A stretch of DNA of 64,000 nucleotides, from contig OZ316895.1 in the NCBI GenBank assembly GCA_973895155.1, forward strand, positions 3,831,659 to 3,895,658, written 5' to 3'. The position numbers and the translations under genes are program-made. The notes under the pieces were generated by a model. That model saw only the letters and a list, made by a program, of their open reading frames with translations. It was not told where the DNA came from and ran no database searches. This DNA is from Marsupella aquatica. Its lineage: Eukaryota; Plantae; Marchantiophyta. Shown piece by piece: positions 21,473 through 33,328 of this stretch; the stretch's first letter is position 1, and the number at the start of each line of letters is the position of its first letter.

Positions 21473-24400
21473 ATGGCACAATTGCCACAGAATACGTTAG
21501 GTGTGGGTAGAACTCCAAAGTTGCCACTCTTCCATCCAGCTAGAGTACAACATCGTGATGATGCTTTGTGGGTTCGAGAACAGAAGGCCTGCCACAAGAG
21601 TGGGGACCATAAGATGTACTGCCCTTGTGTGAACTGCAAAGGGAATTATAGGACTAATCGGAATACTACTAGACTGCACCTTATTAAACATGGTCGGTAC
21701 CCTGCATGTCGAGTGTGGGTGGGAGAGGGACAAGACTCTTCTGATGAAGAGTGGGGTGCTGACTACATGTCACAACATGGCCCTGAGGCATTGAGGGTAG
21801 CAAACCTTCAGCAGGCAACCTGTGCACAACAACCAACTGTAGATGTTGAAGAATATTTATTTGTAGACGTTCCAGAGTATCCAACTGTGGATGTTCAAGA
21901 ACATCCAACTATAGATGTCGAAGAACATATCAGGGCTCTACTAGAAGAAACGTTGCTGAGAACCAGTGAAGAATCCCCTGAACATGAACTAGATGATCAG
22001 GACCGTTTTGACTTGGATTTTGTACTTGGGGATGATGAGAGTGAAGAAGGTGCCCATCCTGTAAACCCCCTTGAAACCTCTGAAACTCCTGTGGAGACTG
22101 ATCCTGCACAGTTATCTTTAGATGCAGCAATGCAACCTTTGTTCCCAGGCAGCAAAATAGATGTTGTCATTCATGTTGCTTCTGCTGAACATCTGTCATG
22201 GCCATGGATTCTCAAACAAAGGAGTGAATGCATTGTTGTCTTTGATGGGGGAGCATGGTATGCCTGCAGAGCATAATCTGCCCAAGAACTTATATGCTGC
22301 AAAGCAGCTATTGAGAAAGCTTGGCTTGGATTATGAGAGAATCCCTGTCTGTGAGAAAGGTTGCATGCTCTTTAGGGGTGAGAATGCCAAGTTAGAAAAC
22401 TGTTCAGTGTGTCAGCAGCCCAAGATGAAGAGAGTGGGGAATTCATTACAGGCAAGGAAGGTGGTGAGGTATTTCGCTATAATTCCTAGGTTGAAGAGAT
22501 TGTATGCCACTGCTGGTACATCTAAACTCATGACTTGGCATCATGAGAATAGAAGCTCAGACAACATGGTTCGGCACGCAGCAGATTCAAAGGCTTGGAA
22601 GCATGTGGATACAAATATTGATCGGAAATTTGCAGATGAACCAAGGAATGTGCGATTTGGGTTGGCACTTGATGGGGTGAATCCCTTTGGGAATAATTCC
22701 ACAGCTTGGTCTACCTGGCCAATACTGTTGTTGAATTACAACTTACCTCCTTGGCTTACCACCAAGAAGTTCTTTGTCATGCTAGCTATGCTGATTCCAG
22801 GACCTGATTCAGTAACAGAGGAACAACTAGACATAATATTGGGCCCATTCTATGAGGAGCTGGAGCTGTTGTGGAAGAAAGGAGTGCCCTGCTTTGACAA
22901 ATTGCCACGCCCAGGATTGTCTCAACACTTCAACCTTAGGGCTGTGCTATTGTGGACAATCAATGATTACCCTGCATATGGTTTAATATCTGGACAACAA
23001 CACTCTGGATACAAAGGATGTGTCATCTGTGGGCCAAAATGTGTGGCACGTGGTTCTAAGCACTTGCAGAAATTAGAGTACAGTGGCCACCGTCGATGGT
23101 TAGCAGCAAGGCATCTTTTTCGTAGACCAGACAGTGCACAATACTTTGATGGTGCAATTGAGAGTCGACCTGCACCGTGTAGAATGACAAGCTCTGATAG
23201 AAAGAAGTGGGGAGACGAGACAACAGAATATTTGAAGAAGGGAGGAACCAAGGTTGAGGATGAGAAATGCCCTATAAAGGTGCATGGAGTGAAGAGGGCT
23301 ACTGGTCTGTACAAGTTGCCCTATTGGAATGTAAGACTCCATACTACTACAATGAATTTCTGCAATCTCTTCATATGACTTTGAAATATATTCTCTTCAT
23401 ATACTTCCTGTAGCCCAGATTTTGTAATAGTTGTATTCAATGCACTAATTTCTGAATTGTGTCTACTGCACAAACTACTGTCCAGTGATGCCAAAAGTTG
23501 TATTCAATGCCCTAATTTCTGAATTGTGTGTCCACTGCAGAAACTACTCATTAACCATTGTCTAGATCCCATGCACTGTGAGAAGAATCTTGCACACAAC
23601 ATTGTGCACACTATCATTGGGACCAAGGACACTCCTTCTGTGAGAGAAGACATGAAGCTCTTACAGGTGCGCCAACACCTATGGCTTGTACCCAATCCAG
23701 CTCCCAAGCGTAACGATGACAAATTGTTGATGCCCCCAGCCCCATATTGCCTGAGCAAGAAGGAAAGAACAAGGTTCTTGGAGGTGTTATTGACCTTGAA
23801 AGGGCCCACTGGTTTTTCAAGTTCTTTGGCGAAGTGTGTTACAAAATCCAAGAAACTCTCTGGGTTGAAATCACATGATTTCCACCAACTCATGCAACAG
23901 ATTCTCCCTTTGGCAACAATGGGATTACTTGATGAAGGGGTTCGCTTGGCCATAGCTGGGGTGAGCAATATCTATCGCCAGATCTGTACGAAGGTGTGGG
24001 ACCCTTCAATGTATGAGAATTTGATGATGGATGTTGCATTCACTCTCTGCATTTTGGAAATCCATTTTCCACCAAGCTTCTTTGATGTCATGACCCATTT
24101 AATGATTCACCTAGTGGAGGAATTAGACTTGTGTGGCCCAGTTATAGGCAGATGGATGTACCCAATAGAGAGGAACCTGAAGGTATTGAAGGGTTATGTA
24201 CGAAACAAGGCACGTCCAGAGGCTTCTATGGCTGAAGGCTATATATTAGATGAGTCTTTGGGATTCCTTTCTGAATACATGATTGATGCAAAGGGAGAGG
24301 GAAAACGAACCTGGGAGTTGGAGGAGGATGCTGGCGTTGCAGGCATTGTTTTGGAAGGGGCTACAAAGGCGATAACTTTAGATTGGTCTGAAATGATGGC

Positions 24401-25408
24401 CATGCATCATTATATATTGGAGAATGAAGAGACAGTGGCTCCATGGTACAGGTACATAAACCCTAAATTATGTTGCCCCATTGTGTTTGTATATTCATGG
24501 TGGATCATGCACTAATGTCTTCAGTGTTGTTGTTGCCATGTAGGATATATGATGCTACCAATGAGACTGTTACCAAACGAAGAGTGGATTTACGGAAGGA
24601 ATGGATGAGGAAGCCTGCCAATCGAAGAAAACCGGTGGAATTTCCCGCTGACTGCCAAGAATTGCCACCTTTCAGGGAATGGTTTCAAACATTAGTCAAT
24701 ACCCATAATTTTGAGAAAGAGTCTGAGCGGTCATTACTATCTGTATACTCCACACCACCTAGTTTGAAGGCACGACTGTATAGGGCATGCAGAGCCTATG
24801 GGCACCATTGGAGGACTATTCCATCCTTGGGGTGTTTGAGTGATTGTGATTCTGGTGCTTTCAGCACTTTTGATTCTGGGATGGCTTCTACATTCACTGA
24901 GAAGCGAGTGGACAGGTCTGGTGCAACCATAGAAGAATCTGTACAGTATGTAGGGGCCTTGACAGATATCTTGGTACTGAATTACGGCAGCTTGAGGAAA
25001 GAGGTGATTCTTTTCAAAGGGAAATGGGCAGATCCATCATGGACTCCTAAATCCTCTGCCAGTATGAGGTATTCCGAGTCTGGTCTTTGGCAGGTGAATT
25101 TCCATAGAGAACTGGGTGTGTCCAAGAAAATGCATTACGTTTTCCCAAAGCAAGTGGAGCAGGTTTTCTTCCACCCCAATGAGAAGGGGATAGCATGGAG
25201 AACAATCCTCCACAAAGAATCCAGGTCCACAAGGGTGTTAGGTGATTACATAGACTTTGATTTCCATGCTACAATGGAAAACAATGCCAAATTACACATC
25301 GAATTGGCTAAGGCCTGTAGGTCTAGAGCAAATCCAGGACCATTGACTGGTCCCAAACGAGGCAGAGATGCAGAGGGATCTGCAAGAAAGGGCAGGCATA
25401 AGCAGTGA
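21473..25408 (+). pseudogene. CACTA TnpD/Tnp2 transposase (transposase-associated domain, Transposase_21, DUF4218, DUF4216), one frameshift
   Basis: KMYCPCVNC..RLHLIKHG; frameshift at ~22160; RNVRFGLALDGVNPFG, NYNLPPW, WTINDYPAYG. Intron 23331-23540 joins LPYWN|KLLINHCLDPMHCEKN. GLKSHDFH, FPPSFFDVMTHL, RWMYPIER. Intron 24452-24543. YVFPKQVEQVFF. Confidence 0.93.
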
Positions 25409-25499
25409 ATAGGTTTTAGGTGTGTGCGGGGGTGTGTGAAGTCCATAGATGGACTACATGTATGGACTATATATGAAATCAGACTAATGGTTTACCCAT

Positions 25500-28400
25500 T
25501 TGTGCAGTTGGTGAATGCAGCCTGTGAAAGGAAGATTGCAGGGTTGTCACATTTTGTGAATCCTTATGAGGAGGCCCGAAATCGGAACATAGAGCATAAT
25601 GTCAGAATTATGCGTGATCTAGGACTGGGGCCAGACTGCAAGCTGATGTGTGTGTTAATATGTCTGTTGCAAATTTGATTCAGTAGATGGAGTTGTCAGG
25701 TTCCTTTTCTGTTTTCATATTCCAGATTGGTCTCATACTAGTATTTATCCTGTACATAAGTACTAGACAGTGTTACGGTGTTGTAGATTCATTTTGCATG
25801 TATGTTTGATCTGCATTGGTGTATGTTGATGATTGCTTTAATTGTTCCTTAGAGGCCCAACCACACATGTACAACGAGAGAGAGAAAAGCCTGCTTTGGT
25901 GAAAGGTACTTCAACTGAAACATTGCCAAAGAGGAGGAGCTCTAGACTATCAGAAGTTACCAAGGTGAACATGGCAGAGTTTGGTGATGATGGCTATGGT
26001 TCTCCTTCTGGGTATGACACTGAGGATTGTGACATTGGAGGGTCAGAACCAGAGAGTGAACAACAGGTAATGCTTGAACTTCATCATCCTAATAGGAAGG
26101 GATCCTTGTCCCTTTTTCAAATTATATGTTGATATGTTTACATTGTCCATGATGTAGGTACAGAAACAAAATCGTGGTCCTAAGAAGACTGGGCCTGGTG
26201 GAGGTGGGCTGGTGAGATGTTGGAAAGACCCAGACACTGGACTCTTATATGAAAGTGAGTGGATTGTACTGTTCTACTTTTCAGGTGTGTTTGGAAGTTG
26301 ATATTCTACTTGGAAATGAAATTAATTGAAGTGCTTTGGTGTTGTGTGTTTGTTTAGTGGTTCCATCAGCATCTGAAGGCAGATCAGGTCAATCTGATGT
26401 ACTACATTCCAGAGGATCTTCAGGTAATACACAATCTGCTCGTCATGCATATGCAAGTGCATTTGCTGTACTTTTCAATCATGTACATATTTTTTGATTG
26501 AATGCATGTGTGTGCATTGTAGGCGGGGCCTCTGAGATGCGCAGGGAACGAAGGCATGCTAAGAAGCAGTTTGATAATACTGCCAAACAACAAAGGGATT
26601 GCGGAGAGGTGCCCAAACACATTAAAGTGAGTATTGTACTTTTTTTGAATGTAGATTTAGACAAATCTGATCCTCTCTGTTGTTGTGTGTATAAAACCTG
26701 GACTCTGCATAAATTCCAGAGTTATGATCTGACACTGTCTGTGAAATGCAGATTTATGACAATGATATTGATGATTATGATGGCAACAAACAATACTGGC
26801 TGGAGGAACTTCGTGGCAATGTACTCAGAGTCTTTGATGTATCAAAGCCAAAATGGACTGATCATCCACAAGTTCATACAACCACAGTGTGGAATAACAT
26901 GGCAGCTGAGTGGGAGTATGTGGGTGGGGAATTTATTAACACCAAATTCCAGAGTCATTGTCGTGGCATATTGAAGAGAGAGCGCCATAAAATGCATGTT
27001 TACTGGAAGAAAGTTTGCAATGAGGATCCAACCAAACCTGGGCCATCTGGTGTTGATCCAAAGAAATGGGCAGCTTTGGTATCTCATTTTACCAGTCCAG
27101 CATTGATATCTTTGAGTAAACAGATGACTGATAAAAGAGCACGAGTGCAAGATACCTCTCACTTTGGAAGGGGAGGGCATGCTGCAGCAGCAAAGAGAAT
27201 GGTAAATTGTCTATCATTTTCACTATCAATTCTGTCTTGTTTGTGAATCTTGATGAAAACAGACTCTGTGATTTCTCATTCATTGTGTGTTTGAACAGAA
27301 GCAGAAGAGAGGATCAAGCCCAGGTATATCTGACCTGAAAGAAAACCATGGTAGTCAGGGTTCATTGCCAAAGGTGACAATGAGCCCATCATTGGCAAGT
27401 GCAAAAGGTCAGACTGGTAGTTTTGTGGGAGCAAAGGTGAGCCCATCATTGGCAAGTGGGGAGGGTAAAAGTGCTAGCTTACTGGGGCAAGGATACAGAC
27501 ATGGATCAGCTGTGAGTATTGTCATACCAATTTGATTTGTACATCATTCTCCATTTGACAGAGTGTTGTGTCGTTTGTAAGTTTGACAGTGAGAATGTTG
27601 TGTTGGTTTGTGGTTCATTTATAGACCCCACATTCAAAACAAGAGATCACTGCCATTGGGGCTGTGAAATTGGATGTCGCTGAGTTGAAAGGCACTGTGA
27701 GGGAGTTGACAAACATGATGACTACGTGGATGGCACATCACACTAGTAATGTACAAGTTCCAATAGTTGTGCCTAGTCACAGTAAGTTGACTACAACTAC
27801 TAAACAAGGTAGTAGAAAGCGATCTTTTACTTTTTCAGGCGATAATGAAGGTAAAATTCTCTATCATGTATACACTGTCCATTCAATGTAATTATTGTGA
27901 TGTGTATATGTCATTGCATGTTTATAATGTTCTTGCATGTTTTTAGTGTGATTATATGTTGCTGGTGTATACATGTTTGTTTATGCATTACTTTTGTGTG
28001 TGTTTTATGACAGCATCTTTAGGGGAGCCTCCTGTGTCGCAGGGAAGACCAACTGACACAGCTAACAGTACTCTAAAGCAAACTGAATTGGAAGTGAACC
28101 TTTTGCCATCTAAGTTGCCCAAAGAAGCCATTTCAGATGCCTTTCAGTTGCCAGAGGATAAGTCGACTCAGTTGACACCAAATGTAACCCCATAATCATC
28201 TGAGTTGCCAAAAGAAACTCCCATTCCAAGTGAGCAGGATGACACTCCATCAACTAGAAAGGGAAAGAAGAAAAGGAAGAAAGGATCCTCAGCAAATGCA
28301 TCACCTGCACAGAAGAAACCAATGCAGTCTCCTAACCCTGTTGCAAAGGTAAATGTGTGTTTGATTTGAGTGTTCTTCTATCTTTCAATTTCTGTTTATT

Positions 28401-28690
28401 GCATTTTTAACAAAATGTGTTGTTCACAGTTTGCAAGAGGAGATTTGGTGAAGATGAAGAGCGTTGTGGACAATTCCATGATAGTGGCAGAAGGTGAGGT
28501 GACAGGGCTGCCAGGAGAAGATAAGTTTCATTGTGCAGATTTTGAAAGCCCTTTCTTGCGAGTGCGTGTGATTGAAGTGTTTGTAGATGTGGCATTGCCA
28601 TTTGCCAATTCAGGGGAGAACCAGTCTAAATTATCTGATGTGAAAGGGATGAATGCCCTATGGAACTCTAGATTGCTTAAGAAGCAATAG
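25500..28690 (+). CDS. CACTA TnpA-like multi-exon gene (Transposase_24-like region and C-terminal Tnp1/En/Spm-like domain); exon structure approximate, may be disrupted
   Basis: 26750-27200: GPSGVDPKKWAALVSHFTSP..SKQMTDKRARVQDTSHFGRGG. 28430-28690: IVAEGEV..FHCADFESPFLRVRVIEVFVDVALPF..LSDVKGMNALW. Many short GT-AG introns; a possible in-frame stop at ~28193. Confidence 0.75.
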
Positions 28691-29795
28691 AAATAGCACT
28701 CTGTCAAGAAACAATAGACATGATAGAATGACAACTCTATTTTTCTATAAACATGCAGAGTGATTGGTATGTCAGGTTGTAACAATTGACAATCTAATAT
28801 TATTGATGTCAATGTAATTTTGTTTCATAAATTTGCATTGAGTTCAATATTTATCGTGAGACTTATGAAGGTATCTTGTATGAATATCAATTGGATTTGT
28901 GATATATATCGAATGTTGCTTTAAGTTTTCATTCAGCAAATCTATTGAATGGCTTTGTAATGTATGATTTTTGATTGACATGAAGTTTTATATATCATGA
29001 TCACTTAAATTTGAATTTCTCCAAATCATTGAATACTTCGTCTGAATGACTGGCTAGAATGACTGAATGACTGGCTAGAATGACTGAATGACTGGCTAGA
29101 ATGACTGATGTAATGGTCATTATCCACAACTATCTTTGTGACCAATATGACTCAACTCTGGTCATTAAAGACATAGACTAAATGATTCAAAGAATGACAT
29201 ATACAATGACCTTTCTCATGGTCATTATAAACAAGTCCACTATGACTCACTTTATGTCATTCAAGACATGTCATTAATGACTAATGTGTATCTTTACGTG
29301 TCTTCTCCCAATTGAACCACGTGTCTCAATATGACTTGTTTATACCGTAGTCATTTTGGACACGTCCAAAATGACCCAAATATATTGCCAAATGGTGAAT
29401 CCTCTTTAAACCACGTGTCACTATTTGATTTGTTATATAATGTACGTCATTTTGGACAAGTCCAAAATGACCAATGTTATTTGTTTTTTAATTGCCACGT
29501 GTCGTTGTGTGATTGGGTACGGGGACCATCGACGGTCAACGGCAATTGACCGTCGATGGTGATTTGTGTCGTCATTTTGGACCGTTCAACATTTATGACC
29601 ATATCATAAAAATGGTCATTTAGGATAGTATGAAATGACCACATGTTTTTAGCGTCATTTGTCCAAAAGGACCGTGACCAAAATGTCCGTTGTGACGCGT
29701 CTGGAAAGACGAGAACGATTGCGTCATTGTTTTGTTAAAAAGACCTGATTAATAGTCATTGTTTCGGTCATAAAATACATTGTTTTCTACTAGTG

Positions 29796-30127
29796 GCTGC
29801 TGCTTCCCCCGAAATGGATTAGACGCATGCTCTGGCCTTCAACTTCTCCCCCTTCGAAACGGATTCCACGAGGGCTTTGCCCTTTAACTTCTCCCCTGAT
29901 GCCATCTTTGTAGTCATCTCTGTCGGATTGGTCTCCATCTGATCTTCCATCGACAAATATGGCGAACAATGTCATCTCTCACAAAACATTTGACCCGATT
30001 TAGTCACCGCAAACATTATATTACATCGCTGACACATTCTGTAAGGAGTACCACGAATTCGATACGTCGAACCTTCTGAATCGTCCGTCGAAACATCCTC
30101 ATTCTTTGAGCTTAGCGGAGTAGTCAT
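29796..30127 (-). pseudogene. 5' half of a small zinc-ribbon-like ORF split by the CACTA insertion (continues at 11996-~11870)
   Basis: MTTPLSSKNEDV...MCQRCNIMFAVTKSGQMFCER*HC...SISGEAAA joins in frame to DAKTVKKEAKKVDTPKKRQLEM... once the element and one TSD copy are removed. Confidence 0.6.
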
Positions 30128-30603
30128 CGCCCTTCAAACAAGAGATGCTGACCGAGACTAAGAATTGGAAATGAGAGAGCTGATGTGCGAATAGATTATC
30201 CAGTAGCCAGAAAGTGGAATGCGTGGGGGAATGAGCAATAGGGATCATCTCAATGCTTTATACTGTTTAGTCTCCACTAGTCATTGTACATAGTGGTTTC
30301 TAGAAGAGGGTGCGCGTTTGACTGGCGCGTATTAGAATTGGCGGGAAGTTCAGTTGTCCTCTAATTATGGCTTTAATTTCACGTTTGGCGACCGCCCCGG
30401 GAATACTGATTGCTAGTGAAGTACTGAGATTTCTTATGAAGGTCAGTAGTTACTGATTGTCCGGTGTCCACTCATTGGTAAACTGGTACTGTCCACTCAT
30501 TTTTTCTGAGTGGAGTTGAAATGATTGTTCGTAATCGATTGTAGTCGTTCTCATTCACTTGAAATGACTGACGGACCATGCATAATCTTTACCGGTATGT
30601 GTG

Positions 30604-30911
30604 ATGCCTTTAGATCCGTAATTGTATCTTCCTGTCTCGCGTGCAATTGTATCTTACTTATGAAGTACCAATTACGAGCTAGAGTTTGGGCCTAGCCTTC
30701 TAGCTTCTACGTCGTAGACCTTGTTATCCCTACACCCTCTGACTAAGGTCACGCGACATGCCTTTAGATCCGTAATTGTATCTTCCTGTCTCACGCGCAA
30801 TCGTATCTTACTTATGAAGTACCAAGTACGAGCTAGAGTTTGGGCCTAGCCTTCTAGCTTCTATGTCGTAGACCCTGTTATCCCTACACCCTCTGACTAA
30901 GGTCACGCGAC
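30604..30911. repeat. ~154-bp tandem duplication ending in the ACGCGAC palindrome
   Basis: atgcctttagatccgtaattgtatcttcc...gactaaggtcacgcgac occurs at ~30604 and ~30758. Confidence 0.85.
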
Positions 30912-31798
30912 TAGTCGCGTGCAGGGCAGTGCATTGACTACATTCTGCCTACTTATTGACGGTTGTGATAGGACAATGCAGTTCACGGACGTTTTACTGG
31001 CGCTTATTAGCACTACTGTCCTCAGTAGTTACTGACTGTCCACTCATTTGTTTTGAGTGGATGTGAAATGATTGATCGTAATCGATTGTGGTCATTCTCA
31101 TTCATTTGAAATGACTGACGGACCATGCATAGTCTGTTGCCGGTATGTGTGGTACCTCTAGGGTCATGCGACCAGTCGCGTGCAGCGCAGTGCATTGACT
31201 ACATTCTGCTTATTGACCGACGTGACAGGACAGTGCAGTGAAATTGACAGACGTGATAGGACTGTACGCTTACAGTGATATTCTCTGATGTGCAGGATCA
31301 TAATTATTATTGTAATGCTGTACATTAGTTAGAAATAATGGAAATTTTATAAATTTTAAACTTTTTCTAACTCAAGGTACAATCTAGTTACCTTTTGTAG
31401 CAATTTAGATCAACCGAACACTTTACCTAATGTTATGCTTCATCGGAGGCTATTGCCTATATTGGACAAGGATCGCCAATATAAATCCTTGCTCTTTACA
31501 TGCTACCAAGAAAGAAGACTGGACATCATTGGAGAAGCAATGCAGACTAGAAGATTCAAGAACCGGACTCCAAAACACTTCTTCAGCAAGAATGAGCTCT
31601 CTATGCAATTATCACAATCAGCCGATCTCTGCTATTTTAGTTAAATAGCTAAAGTGGTCAGAAAAGTCTCATACTTTTTCAGGCATTAGTAGTTACGTAG
31701 TAGAATCATCCCTGAAAGTTTCATCTCAAACCAACATGTGTTTTGAAAGTTAAAATTATTTTAGTTTAGCTATTTTTTTACATAGCCGCGACTTCGCC

Positions 31799-32385
31799 GA
31801 CGCTTTGAGAAAAGTCCTTTGTATTTTTGGACGCTTTGAAAAGCATCCACCCAAGACCACGACGCTTTGAGAAGCGTCCGCCACCCAACCAGTTGTACTC
31901 CGACGCTCTGCAATCCACATGAGGAGCGACGCCCACAGAAGCATCCGCTACCCCGAAGGCGACATCGACACTGCGACGCCCACTGAAGCGTCCCGCCCGA
32001 AGACCAGAAGACGGACGCTACGACCAAAACCTCAAAATTCAGCCGACGCTTTCTGAAGCGTCCACAAAAGTCCTTTGTAGTTTTGGACGCTTTCTGAAGC
32101 GTCCACTATGTTCCCGACACTTAGAAAAATGTTCAGTTTTCGCACTTTTAAAAACACCGCGCCACTTTTACCGATTTATTTGAGGCACTTAGAGATCTCA
32201 GAAAAGTCTGAAACTTTGTCAGCATAGAGATTATATGTAGTAGAGTACCCTAGAAAAGTTTCAACTCATTCCGACTCTTAGTTAGAAGTTAAAATTAGAT
32301 TAAAATCACTGTTTATTAGTTTTACTGCAAACACCAACGCTTTGCAAAGCGTCCGCTCAAACCTCGACGCTTTGAGAAGCGTCCC
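31799..32385. repeat. Cluster of ~10 GACGCTT-N4-AAGCGTC palindromes, probable subterminal repeats of the downstream DUF7869 element
   Basis: gacgctttgagaagcgtcc (31861, 32366), gacgctttctgaagcgtcc (~32045, ~32086), and variants at ~31799, 31830, 31928, 31975 and 32337. Confidence 0.75.
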
Positions 32386-33328
32386 CTGCATTTTCGACAT
32401 TTTCAGCAGTGTCCATTCACTTTTCAAGGATGACCGTCATTAAGTTTATTCAAGACCCTTTAGATATGAAAGGGCATGTCCTTTCAGTCTCTTAGTCTCC
32501 TTGCGTTCCTGCTAGCCTATATGAAGTAGAATTTGTGTCATTTTCAAGGGTGAAGAAATAAAGTAGTGCCTGTGGCATGTGCTGCAGTACTGGAATCACC
32601 TTTGCTTGCAAATACAAAAGAATTCTTCTCCCTTCCTTGGTCTGAATGATTGAGAGTTTAGATCATTGAAGTAAAATTACTTGTATGAAGTTGAATCTCA
32701 GAAGTATGAGGGAATAGATTCCTTAAGTGGTGACAACCCATCTTCTTGAGTTCTTGATGCATAATTTTTGGCGTGACATTGCTTGTGCACGGATGCAAAG
32801 ATTGTTACTCACCAATTACCTGTGACTTCAATTTGATCATGATGGTGTTTATTATTCGTGACTCAGAGTACCGACTGGATATCGAAGTGATTGATTACTA
32901 GTTTCTTCTGAGTACCTTTGGAAGGAAAAGTTGAGACGTGTTGACAGCATTTTAGTAATCATCCTAGTACAATAATCCATTCCAAAAATGTTCTTACGGA
33001 TATACCACCCAAAATCACATCAAATGAAGTATTGATGAGAAGTTACCTTGGTGTTTTCCAGCCTCCCTCATCATACCTCAAGATTTCATTGTGTTTTGTT
33101 ATTTGTTTCCATTTTATTAATTGCATTTACAATGTTAAGCAAACATTCAAATCTATGCCTTGCTGGGCAATCATAGTAAAAGGCTCAAACCTGTGTTTTT
33201 TTTGTTACCTTAATCATTCATAAGTGTTAAATGATAGAAAATCATTCCTTTCTTGTTCTTCCATGGGATCGAATACCGAGTTTTGGACATTAAATGCTGA
33301 TTTATGTCCTTAGTGCAATACTACAATT

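Larger units (their letters stand above)
12000..29795 (+). mobile_element. CACTA (En/Spm) DNA transposon with both ends intact, ~17.8 kb
   Basis: Left TIR CACTAGAAGAAAACAGGGCCCTTTATGACC (12000-12029). Right TIR, reverse-complemented, CACTAGTAGAAAACAATGTATTTTATGACC (29766-29795). 3-bp TSD GCT at 11997-11999 and 29796-29798. Dense ATGAC/GTCAT subterminal motifs at both ends; TnpD/TnpA genes inside. Confidence 0.95.
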
